Part shown: piece by piece, positions 10,316 through 22,925 of the stretch | Numbering within the stretch: the first letter of the stretch is position 1 | How the letters are laid out: each line of letters opens with the position of its first letter | Assembly: GCA_976551045.1 (NCBI GenBank) | Contig: CDPCPM010000021.1 | Span: 2,976,001-3,040,000, forward strand | Source: Glaucostegus cemiculus | Taxonomy: Eukaryota | Direction of reading: 5' to 3' | DNA: 64,000 bases | Position numbers and translations under genes: made by a program | Notes under the pieces: generated by a model | The model's input: the letters and a program-made list of their open reading frames with translations, nothing else | The model's database searches: none | Told to the model about the DNA's origin: nothing

Positions 10316-12740
10316 TAAAGAAAGAAATGCCCACATTCACTGGAAATACCGATGGAAATGAGTAGGTTTCATTAACCAAGTTAGTGGCATGCACGTGATT
10401 CTCTAACAAAACAATCAAGTAATCAATAAAATATGTAAATATAGAAAAGTCAATAAGTACACTAATTCAATTTTTCTATCCCTCAAATACAGTAATACTT
10501 GAGCAATGTTTATAGAATATGTTGAAAGTCATGACATCTAACTAAAAAATAGCTGACATTTATTAACATTAATTATTCTCAAGGGATGCAATTAAAATAT
10601 TTTTGCCCTTTTCAGATGCTAAGCTGAGAGAATCCATTCTAATGGCAATCAACCCTTTCATTCTTTGTTCCCTTTCAGAAGCTTATCACAGCAAGCAGGC
10701 TTCTCTTGAGAGGTGATCACAATGCAGCATCCTGAAAGCCACCATCTTCATGGAGAAAAATAAACTGCAGGAAGTACTCAGTGGGTTCAGCAGCCTAAAA
10801 ACAGGCCCTTTGGGCCACCACACTGAGCATCAAGCACTTATTTACGCTAATCGTGTTTTATACTTACCACACTCTCATCAAACACCCCTTAAAGATTCCA
10901 GCACAACCACTTCACTCAGTTACACACTAACTGCAATTTACAGTGGCCACTTAACTTACCACCTTTGGAATGAACAATCTGCTGGAGGAACTCAGTGGGT
11001 CAAACAGGATCTTTGGGAAGAATTGTTAACATTTCATTCTTGATGCAGGGTTTAACCCGAAACATCAATAATTCCTTTCTTCCCACAGATTCTGCCCAGT
11101 CCAGAGTTCTTCCAGCAGGTTGCTTGTTGCTCTAGATGCTAGAATCTACAGTCTCTTGTGTTTCGACTATCTTTGGAATGTGGGAGGAAACCAGAACACT
11201 TGGAGGAGAACGTGCAAAGTCTACCCAGATAGTACCAGACTGCGGACTGAACCTGGTCACTGTACCACCTTTCTTTCCTGTGGTCATAAGGTCACAATAT
11301 ACAGTAACAGTACAAATCAAATCCAGTCCCTGCTGTGTTATTTTCAACTGAGCTTGGGAAAACTGTGCAAAGCTGTCATCAGCCCCAATGTTAAAAAAAG
11401 AAAACAATTTGACAAACAAAATAAGTTTAAATCTTCCCACAGCTCATCTTTCCAGTAAAAGTTTATGCAAGTCAATAAAGTCAGTCAATAGTCTAGTTTC
11501 TTCATTGCATTTCAAGATCTGTAAGGTGCTTGATTCTAGACTTAACAAAAGAATATCGCATCTCTAATTTTGTTATTAAATTCTGCGATTCAAGTGGATG
11601 GCCACAATAAAAAAAAATCTTTGTGACATCCATGTGACAAGTTAGGTATCATTGGCCTAGGTATTTCAGTAAAAATAGCAGTGAGGGTATTATCACACAT
11701 GGTTATTTAAGCTTAACTGTATATTAATGTCTGGCAACCACATGTATGTAGGTGTTAGTGTCCTCATTGCCAAGGTCCTTCATAAGCTGTATAATACCAA
11801 TACCCTGCTGAGAGATTCAGTATTAAAACAGTGTTACTGTACCTAAGAGATAGAACACAAAGCTCCCCAGAAAAAGGATTCCAGTCTTTTAACTACAAAT
11901 TTTGAATAACTCATGAACAACATTTTTGAATGCTGAAAATTAACCTTTAAAGGGTGTGTGGTCTCATTCCCTCAAATGAGAAAGTAAAAAAAAAATCATT
12001 GGTCCAGAACTTGAGACACCACTGTCAGCAGCAATTCTGCCATTCTCGACCTGCTTGCAAGAGCTATCCTGATTCAGAGTATTGCAGTCCCTTGCAGCAA
12101 AAGGACCTTGCACGATGTTATGATGTTACATGGGTGGATCAGAACAACTGAAAACTACTTTGCTACCATGCCCCCAGGCTTTAGTGGACATCAAACCAGA
12201 CATGAATGACTCTGACATATTGAAACATTCAACAAGGAATTAAAATTCAAATTAAACTCCTAAAACATTCTTGAAAATTAAATATTTTTTAAAAAGTGAA
12301 AATACATTTAACTCAATTAATTCAAAAACAATGCTACTTACCTTATACTTGCCATTGACCCTAATACCAATTCCTTTCTGTTTGGGCTACTGTTCACACA
12401 CTGGGTCTAACCTGGAATGAGTGAATTCAGCAGACATTTCCCTCGGTGTGACTGCTGGGCAACTGTAGCTTTCATATTCCATCAGCATACACCAACAAGT
12501 TGTTCAGCATCAGAAAGCAGTCAAAGAGTCAGCAGCAGTGTTTGACTAGTAAGTTCTGCAGCATTGAATTAACTATTCTAATTTACACTTGATGTGTCAC
12601 AATAGGTCCAATTGTTTGTAGAGAGACATATTTGCTGGTCGAATTCGCGCTGTACCCATACCCTATAAAAGGTGCTAATAAAGATTTTCTAATTGCAGCA
12701 ATTGGAGGGAGCATCTAAAATGAATACCCGTTCTCATCCA

Positions 12741-12975
12741 CGCGACGCTGTTACAGTGCCAGCGATTGGGGTTCGATTCCCGTCGCTGACTGTAAAGAGT
12801 TTGTACATTCTCCCATGTCTGCGTGGGTTTCCTCCAGGTGCTCCAGTTTCCTCCCACATTCTAAAGGACGTACGGGTAGGTTAATTTGGGGGTTTAAAAG
12901 GGGCGGCGCGGACTCGTTGGGCCAAAAGGGCCTGTTACCATGCTGTAAAAAGCAAATAAATAAATTAAAAAAATA
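12741..12975 (+). mobile_element. HE1-like V-SINE, 5'-truncated, about 40 bp downstream of the exon 3 donor
   Basis: Highly similar to 6848-7080. Confidence 0.85.
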
Positions 12976-13016
12976 CAGACCAATATCTAGGTGACTTTGT
13001 CATCAGTATTAACTTA

Positions 13017-13241
<225 letters not shown>

Positions 13242-14094
13242 TCATCAATTGAACTTCCTCTATGTTATTTTATAAATTTAATTTAACATCACACTGTGAT
13301 TTGGAAGCCACAAGATCGACAAATTACTAGAGTGTTACACTAGGAATTCCATGCAACACACACAACTGTTCTGCTGTTGACCAGTTTTCCATTTATCCAA
13401 GTAGGAAAGGTAAACTGCAGGAGGAAGTAATTTTTCCATCAAGCAGATGTGATGCCTTGAAGCACTGACCTGCCTAAACTGGAAATTTCAACAACAGGGA
13501 CTAAAGCTTGCAAGCTAATGGTGACACTTTCAAACAAAACTTCAAGTTTTAAGCACGATAGACAGTATTGTCTTCAAGTAACTTGGATGTGCCATCATGC
13601 TACACCAAAGGCAATTAAACATTTTGAAAAAAAAATGCAGATGCTGGAAGTCTAAAAGGTGGACAGAAAATGCTGGAAAAACTCAGCAGGTCAGGCAGCA
13701 GTGAGGAGTAGTTGGCATTTCAGGTTGAGACCCTCCATCAGGTACATCTTCAGTCTGGGATGTTAACTGTATTCTCTTAACTGATGCTGACCGATCTGCT
13801 GAATTCTTTTTCCAGCATTTTCTGTTCATATTTATGCCATACCAAAGGGTTGTCTTTGAAAACAAAGGCTCTGGTAGACTGATTTAGCACCAATGTAATA
13901 GGAAGCATCAATGCCTTCTTTGGCAGAGCTACGTGCCTCCGTAAACTTCACCAGGTATACATACACCCATTGACAGACTTAAGCTTCAATGACATTTGAC
14001 ACTGAGAATATACAACATCAGAATGACAAATTAAAACATCCAACTATTTATCACTCCAACCCAGTCTCATCCTTTCACACCCTAGACTTCCTTT

Positions 14095-14310
14095 CTGTAG
14101 CTGCATGGGTTTCCTCCCAGTGCTCCCATTTCCTCCCACATCCTGAAATGGAATTGTCCCTAGTGTGTAGGTGAGTGGTAGAATCTGGGGTGAGCTGATG
14201 GGAATGTCAGGAGAGTAAAACTGGAATTAATGTAGGAGTAGCACAAGTGGGTGGTTAATGGCTGGTGCAGACTCAATGGACCAAAGGGCCTCTTTCCATG
14301 TTGTATTTCG
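14095..14310 (+). mobile_element. V-SINE fragment, old
   Basis: tgggtttcctcccagtgctcccatttcctcccacatcc V-domain and CR1-like tail. Confidence 0.6.
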
Positions 14311-15214
14311 CTGTGACACCGTGAAGGGAGCAAGTCCAAAATTTACTGACAGATTTGCAAAACCAGATTTGTTGGCTTACTTCATCATCGAACTCCACAT
14401 GAAGCTCAATCTTGCAGAGAGATTCCCCAGTATTTACAACAGGTAAATTGCCTCTCACATCTTGCACATGGTTATACCTGCCTGGGATCAGAGACCCTAT
14501 TGATTTCAGTGGGGACTGTGAGGCTTTGGGTTACAATATCAAGGGGAAGGCATATTACTTTTTAAAAATAATTACTTACCTTTAAATCTGTTTTGATTAT
14601 TTTTATTTTTTAGTTAACTACATTAAAAAATGGAGTATTTTAATAAGTATCAACCACAGGAAGTAATTAAATGTCCCTGAATGCAGAGGTTGAGGTTTTG
14701 ATGATTTTCAATGCTTTCTGAAATGGTTAAGGGGCTTAATCTCCTCATGGCACCACCACAGGTCCTGATGAGACCGAGACCACCATGCTCTTCTCTTAGA
14801 TGAAGAAGCCAGTGGATTTGGGCCCTGTATCTTGATATGGTAAGTGCAGGTGTGTGAAGGACGATGGGCAGAGATTCCAGGTGGGACAGAAGGACAACGA
14901 GCTCCACTCCAATGTCCAACAAAATGTGAGAATAGGAAGTAAATGTAAAATTAGATTGGGATGTGATGTACAACTGAACGCTACTATAGTATCACCTATT
15001 TTACACAAATTAAGTCATAATTACTTCCCATAAGCTGCTGCATGGCCTAATGCACACTCCTCTACCCTATCAGCCCAACTTCAGTATTCTCCTAAAATGC
15101 TTCAGCTCTTCCAATTCTGGCCCCTTGGCCTTCACTGAAGGTAATTTCTTCACCATTAACATCCCTGTCTTCAATCCACACAAACCATCTCCATCCTAAA
15201 CCACAAGCCCCAAG

Positions 15215-15770
15215 ATCTATACAAAATTCTGGTTAGGCCACACTTGGAGGATTGTGTGCAATTCTGGTCGCGCCATTACAGGAAGTATGTGGAAGCTTTG
15301 AAAAGGCAGCAGAAGAGGTTTACTAGGATGCAGCCTGGATTACAGGGCATGAGCCACAAGGAGAGGTTGAACAGACTTGGGTTGTTTTCTCTGGAGCATC
15401 TGATGAAAGTTTCTAAGATTACGAGAGTTACAGATAGGGTGGGCAGTCAGAATGTTTTTCCCCCAGAGTAGAATATGTCATGTACCAGAGGACATGCATT
15501 TGAGGCAAGAGGAGGGTAAAGTTTAAAAGGGGACGTGTGGGGCAAGCTTTATTTTTAAAAAAAGCACAGAGTGGTAGGTGCCTGGGATGGGCTGCTGGGG
15601 AGAGTGGCAAATAAGATAGTGACATTTAAGAGCCTGTTAGATAGACACATGAATATGTAGGGAATGGAGGAATATAGATCATGTACAGGCAGAAGAGAAT
15701 TAGTTTAATTTGGCATAGTGTTCGGCTTAGACATTATGGGCTGAAGGGCCTGTGCTATACTATTCTATCT
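15215..15770 (+). mobile_element. CR1 LINE 3' fragment
   Basis: ORF EDCVQFWSRHYRKYVEALKRQQKRFTRM…LGLFSLE. Confidence 0.85.
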
Positions 15771-15839
15771 CCTATCTCAAATCCCCTCCCAAACATCTCT
15801 CTTGATCTCATCTAACTTTTTTCACCAAGCTTGAGGTCA

Positions 15840-16675
15840 TCTTTCACCAATAACACCACCGTTGTTGGCAGAATCTCAGATGGCAATGAGGAGGCTTACA
15901 CAACTGAGATAGATCAGCTGGTTGAGTGCTGTCACAACAACAACCTCACACTCAACGTCAGCAAGACCAAGGAATTGATTGTGGACTTCAGGAAGGAGGA
16001 GTCGGGAGAACACACACCAGTCCTCATTGACGAGTCAGCGATGGAAAGGGTGAGCAGCTTCAAGTTCCTGGGCGTCAAAATCTCAGAGGATCTATCCTGG
16101 GCCCAATACACTGATGCAATCATGAAGGCAGCATGCCAGTGGTTCTACTTCGTTAGGACTTTGAGGAGATTTGGTAGGTCAAAGATTCTTAAAAATTTCT
16201 GTAGATGTATGATGGAGACCATCCTGACTCATTGCATCACAGCCTGGTATGGAGGCTCCAATGCACAGGATTGCAAGAGGTTGCAGGGGGATATAGACAC
16301 AGCCAGCTCCATCACGGATCCTGCACTCCCACCTTCAAGGACATTTTCAAGAGGCAGTAACCCAATAAGGCGGCAGCTATCATTAAGGACCCTCACCATC
16401 CAGGATATGCCCATTTCTCATACTACCATCAAGCAGGAGGTACAGGAGCCTAAAGACCCAAACTCAATGATTCAGGAGCAGCTTCTTCCCCTCTGCCATT
16501 AGATTTCTGAATGATCCATGAACACGACCCTGACCCCATTATTCCTTTTTGCTTTGCACTATTTAATTTTGTGATTTCTATATTTTTTGTGTCTTTGCAC
16601 TGTACTGCTGCCACAAAACAACAAATTTCACGTCATATATTTCACGTCAGTGATAATAAATTTGATTCTGATCTG
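15840..16675 (+). mobile_element. Rex1/Babar LINE 3' fragment
   Basis: ORF TTVVGRISDGNEEAY…LNVSKTKELIVDFRK…FKFLGV…ETILTHCITAWYGG; tail aataaatttgattctgatctga. Confidence 0.85.
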
Positions 16676-17679
16676 ATCAAAATATGTGGCTGTGTTTGGG
16701 AAAGATCCTGTTCAGAACATCGAGGTGTTTTTGTCAAGGCCTCCATCCTAATGACAATTTTCACTTAAGCAAAATTATTACGGCTGTGCTTCAGGGTTCA
16801 GGGTGACACTCTTGGTTCTTATCAGAAAAATAACAGCATTGAGTAAAGAAAATACAAGCTACTTAGAATTCTGTGTTTTTGCACACAGAAATAGCAAATA
16901 TTGTAAATAATGCAGTGAATAGTTTAGCAAATAGTTTACATGAGGTAATTTCCTATCCATTTAGATTCAGTGACAGATTGAGCGTAAATGTGGCTAATAC
17001 TCTAAATATGCCCATTTTAACAACCGATGCCTTATTTCAATTATATTGGCTTATCTAAACAGTTCTAGTTTCATTGAAATAAACATATTCATTAAACACC
17101 AGCTACATTCTGAGTCTTTGAAACTGATGCACCTGGTTTGCCTTTAGTCACTGTATTATCTTTGCTCCTTGAAGTTTGTATAATTAGTTAGACCTTAAAA
17201 TATGCAACTCTTTTTATGATAATGGGCAAACTTTAGTGAAGTATTCTAGGAGCTTTTTTCAATGTTTGAACAGATTTTAGGAATTAATTTCCGGAAATAT
17301 TTTTTGCTAAGTGGTATAGTTTCTGTGACCACCTGCATTTATATGCTACCTTCAAACAGAGTTAAAATGAAGGACCTTAGTGAATTAGTAAATTGGAATA
17401 AATTATTTATTTCTCTCTCTCATTTTTTTTGAACATATTGGTAAGATATCAGGATAACTGAAGGGATTCTGCATTCCCAATGGAAAACTATGAACACGGG
17501 CTTGGTTATAATTAGAACCACAAGAGTAGAGGCACAGTCTCCACCCTCAGCCCCTTTTCAAGCACAGCTCCACACCAATGACTGAAATTATCCACTGATA
17601 GCATACATTTACTGAGTTGTGCCATGAATATGACATTATTGTATAATTCCAAATGTAGCATTAGTTTCCTTTCCATTTT

Positions 17680-18160
17680 TAGAGTCATTGATTTATACAG
17701 TAGAGAAACAGGCCCTTCGGCCTAACTTGTCCATGCTGACCAAGTTGCCCATATCAGCTGGTCCCATTTGCCTGTGTTTGGCCCAAAACCTTTCCTATCC
17801 ACATCTCTGTCCATTTGTCTTTTAAACACAGTAATTCTAACTGCCTCTACCAGTTCATTCCACATACCCACCATCCCCTGTGAGAGAAAATTACCCCTCA
17901 GGTCCGTTTTAAATCTTTTCCCTCTCACCTTAACTTATGCCCTTTAGGCTTAGGCACCCCTACCCTGGGAAAAAAAAAAGATTATGACCATTCACCTGAT
18001 CTACGCCCCTCGCGATTTTATAAACTTCTATAAAGTCACCCCTCAGCCTCTTATTTTTCAGGGAATTATGCCCCATTTTATCCAGTCTCTCCTTATACCT
18101 CAAGCCCTCCAGTCTGGTAACCTTGTGAATCTTTTTAACACCCTTTACATTATAATGACA
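17680..18160 (-). mobile_element. CR1 LINE 3' fragment
   Basis: Minus ORF RGKRFKTDLRGNFLSQGMVGMWNEL…FKRQMDR. Confidence 0.8.
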
Positions 18161-18858
18161 TCAACTGAACGTCACAAAGTTTTGTATTGCCTTTTAATAC
18201 CTCCTAGCTCTGAACCTTTGATTCCTAAAATGAGCAAATGAGAATGGCAGTTCCTGCACCCAGTTCCTGTTTGAATTAAATAAAAGATTCCGTAACATTC
18301 CAAATGAGAGAGCTTGAATAGAGCTGCAATATCCATAATTTGAGAGATTAAACATGGCATTCTTCATTAAAAATTGATCTTCCATGGTGTTTTAAATATA
18401 TCAAGCCACTAGACTGGGCATTGCTGGAGTAAATGTACTGACTTTTGTAACTATAGAGCTTAATAATTGAATTAAAAGATGCTGTGCTAAAGTTGTAATA
18501 TGATGTGGAATGCTGTGCTTGATAGAATGGTGGAAAAATATTCAATATATTAACTCTGAAAAGGCAATTGGACATACCCTAACATTTTCAGAGGCAAGGA
18601 GAAAGAGCAAGGAAATGGAACCCTATGGACAAGTCGCATAGGAACGATGGACCAAGTAACCACTTTCTGTTCTATATGATAATAACAACCATTTTGATAA
18701 TTAAGATAATATAGAGATCTTCAATTTATAGGCAAAAAAAAGATGAACACTGAATGGGTTTGTTTGTGATTTGAATCCTTCTGACTGTTCATTGCAAAAT
18801 TCCCCTACAGAAGGTTTCCCCAAGTGATGCTCAGGCAAACTCGGAACGTGCTTTTTAC

Positions 18859-19443
18859 CTGTCAAACCGGGTGGGCAGATGCAGACATACTTATCAATTT
18901 TGTTCACACAGGTGGATTCATTTCTGCAGGGTTCCGAAGCACACTCATCCACTTCAATCTCGCAGAGTCTGCCCTGGTAGCCAGGCACACAGAAGCAGGA
19001 AAATCCATTGAGCTTATCCTTGCACACAGCACCATTTTCACATGGGTTTGATGCACACTCATTCCTGTTGGTTCCGCAGTCAGTGCCAGTGTAACCTAAA
19101 GGGCAGACACAGCTATAGCCAGTGGCATTGTCCAGGCAGGTGGCACCGTTCAAGCAGGGAATGCTGGCACACTTGTTGATGTAAATTTCACAGCTGGTGC
19201 CAGCATGACCAGGAGGGCAATCACAAGAGAAGTCAGCTGTGCCCAAAGTGCTCTTGCATGTTGTGTTGTGCTGGCAGGGATGCGATTCGCAAACATCAAG
19301 CAGTTCCTCACAGTTCTTCCCCATGAAAGCCACAGGTATTTTTGGACAGTGGCAAATATAGTCATCGATAAGGTCCTCGCAGGTTGCATTGTTTTTGCAA
19401 GGGTTGGAGAAGCACTTGTTAAGAATTGCAGCAAAACATGAAC
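18859..19443 (-). CDS. CRB1: CRB1 exon 2 (EGF repeats, SCFAAILNKCFSNPC…YVCICPPGLT)
   Basis: Inside ORF 18701-19552. Acceptor ttcacttcttcag|GT, donor ACAG|GTAAAA, 585 nt, phase 1-1. Five EGF/cbEGF repeats. Human exon 2 recalled as 582 nt. Confidence 0.95.
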
Positions 19444-19619
19444 CTGAAGAAGTGAACAAAAGAAAGACCAAGTTAATCTTCAAGTATGACCACAAGTTAC
19501 AGCAAAGCAAGCAAGCCCTCTGGTTTGGAACCTCATCAGAATTACAGTTCACTTAAAATTATGCATGATTTTAGGAAGTAATGTTTGGATAATTTAGTCT
19601 GTGCCTCGATATACCATGC

Positions 19620-20200
19620 TAATCTTCTTCATAAGCAGTCCCTTGGGATCAAAGACAACTTGCTTCCCCTTGGGTTCTGAGGTGTCTGATCAGATTAATG
19701 TGGGACCACAGGTGGGGCAGAAGATGGCTAGTTTGTGAGATGATGCAATTCTTCCAGTGTTTATGAAAGGTTTCTGTGTGCTCCTCATGCTTGATCTCTA
19801 TGTTCTCAATACCATCCCAAGAGGACCTTCTCCACTTAAAGTGATCATGGGCTAGGAGTCAGGTGGGATGTTGGAACTTTTGAAGGAAGCTTTGGACCAC
19901 ATCCTCGAACCTTTTCCTCTGTCTGCCTGCTCATCTCCTCACATGACAGAGAAGGGAAAGGAATACAGTGTCCGTTTTGGGAGTCTGGTGTCAGACATGG
20001 AAATGACATGGCCTGTCCAACACAGCAGACTGAGGGTAACTAGGGCCTCAGTACAGGACGTGTTGGCCAGGGCGAGGATACTCACATTAGTTTGCTTATC
20101 CTTCCAGTGAATTTCGAGGATTTTGTGCAGACAGAATTATTGGTATCTTCCCAGTGCCTTGTGGTGCCCACTGTTTGTAGTCTTGGCTCAGAAATATATA
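19620..20200 (-). mobile_element. RTE-type LINE 3' fragment
   Basis: Minus strand reads GRQRKRFEDVV (RTE C-terminal GxQxKRxKD motif) with upstream RWxGHV-like remnants. Confidence 0.55.
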
Positions 20201-21744
20201 GGAGTGCTATAATCCATAGCCAGGCTTTGGCACGACTTTCAGGACAATGACAGCCCTTGATTAAGGGCTGCAAAGCTAACTGCTACATAAAAGCCTTTAT
20301 GTTTGCAGTCAACACAGGAGGTCTCTGTCGCAGTGCACATTTGTATCAGTCTGGTCACTGACACAGTAATGATCAAAGAATGCTTGGAAAGCAGCCTACA
20401 ACATAAAAGAGACCATCAATTCTTATGTGCAACCAGGATTCCCAGTTTGTCGCTTTCTCTGGACGAAGCTCAAGTGATCATGTGTGCCAATATCCCAGCA
20501 ACAAATCTGTTCCTTAAGAGAAATATTTGCCACCTCAAAACCATATGGTAGACCCAAGGTAAACAGGGCAGAATCATATACCTAATGCTCAATATTTGGG
20601 AGTTTCCATAAAAAACTTTTAAGATGCACAAATGACTGAGTATCAAAATACATTGCAGCCACAACTGGTAACAGTTCATGGAGATAAACAATATAGAAAT
20701 GGGTCCTTTGGCCCATTGCGTCTGAGCTGACCATCAAACACCCATCCTTTTCTTTTATTGAAGACCATTCTCCTCACATTCCCCTCAAGTCTCCCCAGAT
20801 TATACCTACATACAAGTAATTTACGGTAGCTAATTCGCCTACCAACAAACACATTTGAGATGTGGGAGGAAATCAGGACACTTGAAACAAATAAAGGCAT
20901 TGCAGACATCAACACTTAACTTGACCAAGCACTCTAAGGAGCCAGTATTGCCCACTGTCACAGTCACGCTGAATACTGTCATCTCTGGTGTTGAGCAGCT
21001 AGGAGGTGGAGAATGATATTTTTGATTTCTTTTAATAGATCATCATGGCAAGAGACTATAGTTTTTGGCTGCAATATTTGCAAGTCATGGAAGAAAGAAA
21101 GAAATATGTAGATAAAAATGAAAAGCATACAAAAATTAAATTGACGATAGGCTCATTCTCAACATCAACTATGCCGACAATCTCCACTGCCCTCAATTTC
21201 AGAGTTCAGAATCATATCTATGTACCATCCTCCTGCCTGTAGAGGTTGCCTCTGGTTAAGTGCAGCCTTCTCTTGCAGGTAACTATAGAATAAGCATTTA
21301 CCATAAAGAGAAATGTTAGTAATAGATGTCAACACATTGCCTCTGCTCCTGGCCTGGAAATGTGTAAGGTTCAGATAGCTCAAAAGGACAACATAACTGG
21401 AACTTATTCTTGCCACGTTTGAGTGTTTATGCAGATAACAGATTGTTATGGTAATGGGGACCAATTCTCAGGAACATTGTGATCACCCACCCACTTGAGA
21501 TCAATGGCACAGCACAGTTCATCAACCCTCTGAACCAGGTTTAGAATGAAGCAGACTTGATATATTGTTGACAATATTGTTAGATGAAGCCATAGCAACA
21601 CATTCAATTTCCAGCCTTCAAGTATCTTTGTCATATTGCCGCAGATGAGGCGCTATTTACTCATTCTGCTCCCTCCTTCTGCTGCTCAATGGGTTAATTC
21701 TTATCATAAAGAGTTTCACATTCTCTGAAGAACCTCAAGCAGAG

Positions 21745-22232
21745 ACATATAGATAGGTTAAGTGAGTGGGCAAAGGTCTGACAGATGGAGTACAATGTTG
21801 GTAAATGCAAGGTCATCCACTTTGGAAGGGAAAATGGAAGATCAGATTATTATTTTAAAATGGTGAAAGATTGCAGCACGCTGTTGCGCAGAGGGACTTG
21901 GGAGTGCTTGTGCATGAATTGCAAAAGGTTGGTTTGCAGGTGCAACAGGTTATCAAAGCGGCAAATGGAATGTTGGCCTTCATTGCTCGAGGGATTGAAT
22001 TTAAGAGCAGGGAGGTTATGCTGCAACAGTACAGGGTACTGGGGAGGCCACACCTGGAGTACTGCATGCAGTTCTGGTCTTATTACTTTAGAAAATATAT
22101 ACTGGCTTTGTTGGTGGTGCAGAGGAGGCTCACCTTGTTGATTCCAGGAATGAGGGGATTAGTCTTTGAGGAGAGATTGAGTCGCCTGGGACTATACTTG
22201 CTGGAATTCAGAGAAATGAGAGGGGATCTTAT
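21745..22232 (+). mobile_element. CR1 LINE RT fragment
   Basis: ORFs MEYNVGKCKVIHFG and QRDLGVLVHE…RPHLEYCMQFWS…RGDLI. Confidence 0.9.
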
Positions 22233-22925
22233 AGGCAGGTGTGGGAGAGGAGGGAAGAGCAGATCCACCCTGGGGGGGGGGGGGGGGGGGCAGTGAAATG
22301 GATCAGAAAGTAAGGAGGGAAAAAAGGGGGTAGAAAAAAAAGAGATAGGCTAGGAAAGGGAAGAAAAGAAGAGGCACGGTTGGGGGACATTGTGGGGATT
22401 ACTTAAAGTGGGAGAATTCAAAGTTCATGCCGTTCGGCTGAAAGGATCAGAGATGGAAATTCCAAGCGCAAACTGGAGGATCAGCACCTCATTTTCCACC
22501 TTGGAACCTTGCAGCCTAATGGCATGAACACTGAATTCTCCCACTTTAAGTAATCCCCATAACCCTGTCCGGCCCCCACACCCCCCGCAACAACCATGTC
22601 TCTTCTTTTCTTCCCTTTCCTAGCCTCTCTCTCTTTTCTTACTCCCTTTTTTCCATCCTTACCTTTGACCCATCCCCTGTGGATCTGCTCTTCCCTCCTC
22701 TCCTAGCACCTGCCTATCACCATCTCTTACCTGCCCTTATCTTGTGCCCACCCTGCCTCCTCTCTTTTGTCCACCTATTACTGCTCTGTTTTTCACTCCT
22801 ATACATATTGGACTTCCCCTTTTCCTATCTTCAGTCCTGAAGCAAAGTCCTGACCCAAAACATTGACCACCTGCTTTTCTCCATGGATGCTGCCTGGCCT
22901 GCTGAGTACCTCCAGCATCATTGGC
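22231..22925 (+). mobile_element. Penelope-like element 3' end with inverted partial pLTR
   Basis: 22471-22550 encodes LEDQHLIFHLGTLQPNGMNTEFS (Penelope GIY-YIG C-terminus). 22231-22445 is an inverted copy of ~22508-22717. Confidence 0.8.

Noticed and set aside
14273-14480. Exon-like ORF in intron 2 with a GTAAGC donor
   Set aside because: No EGF pattern, poor polypyrimidine tract, and exons 2 and 3 already join in frame.
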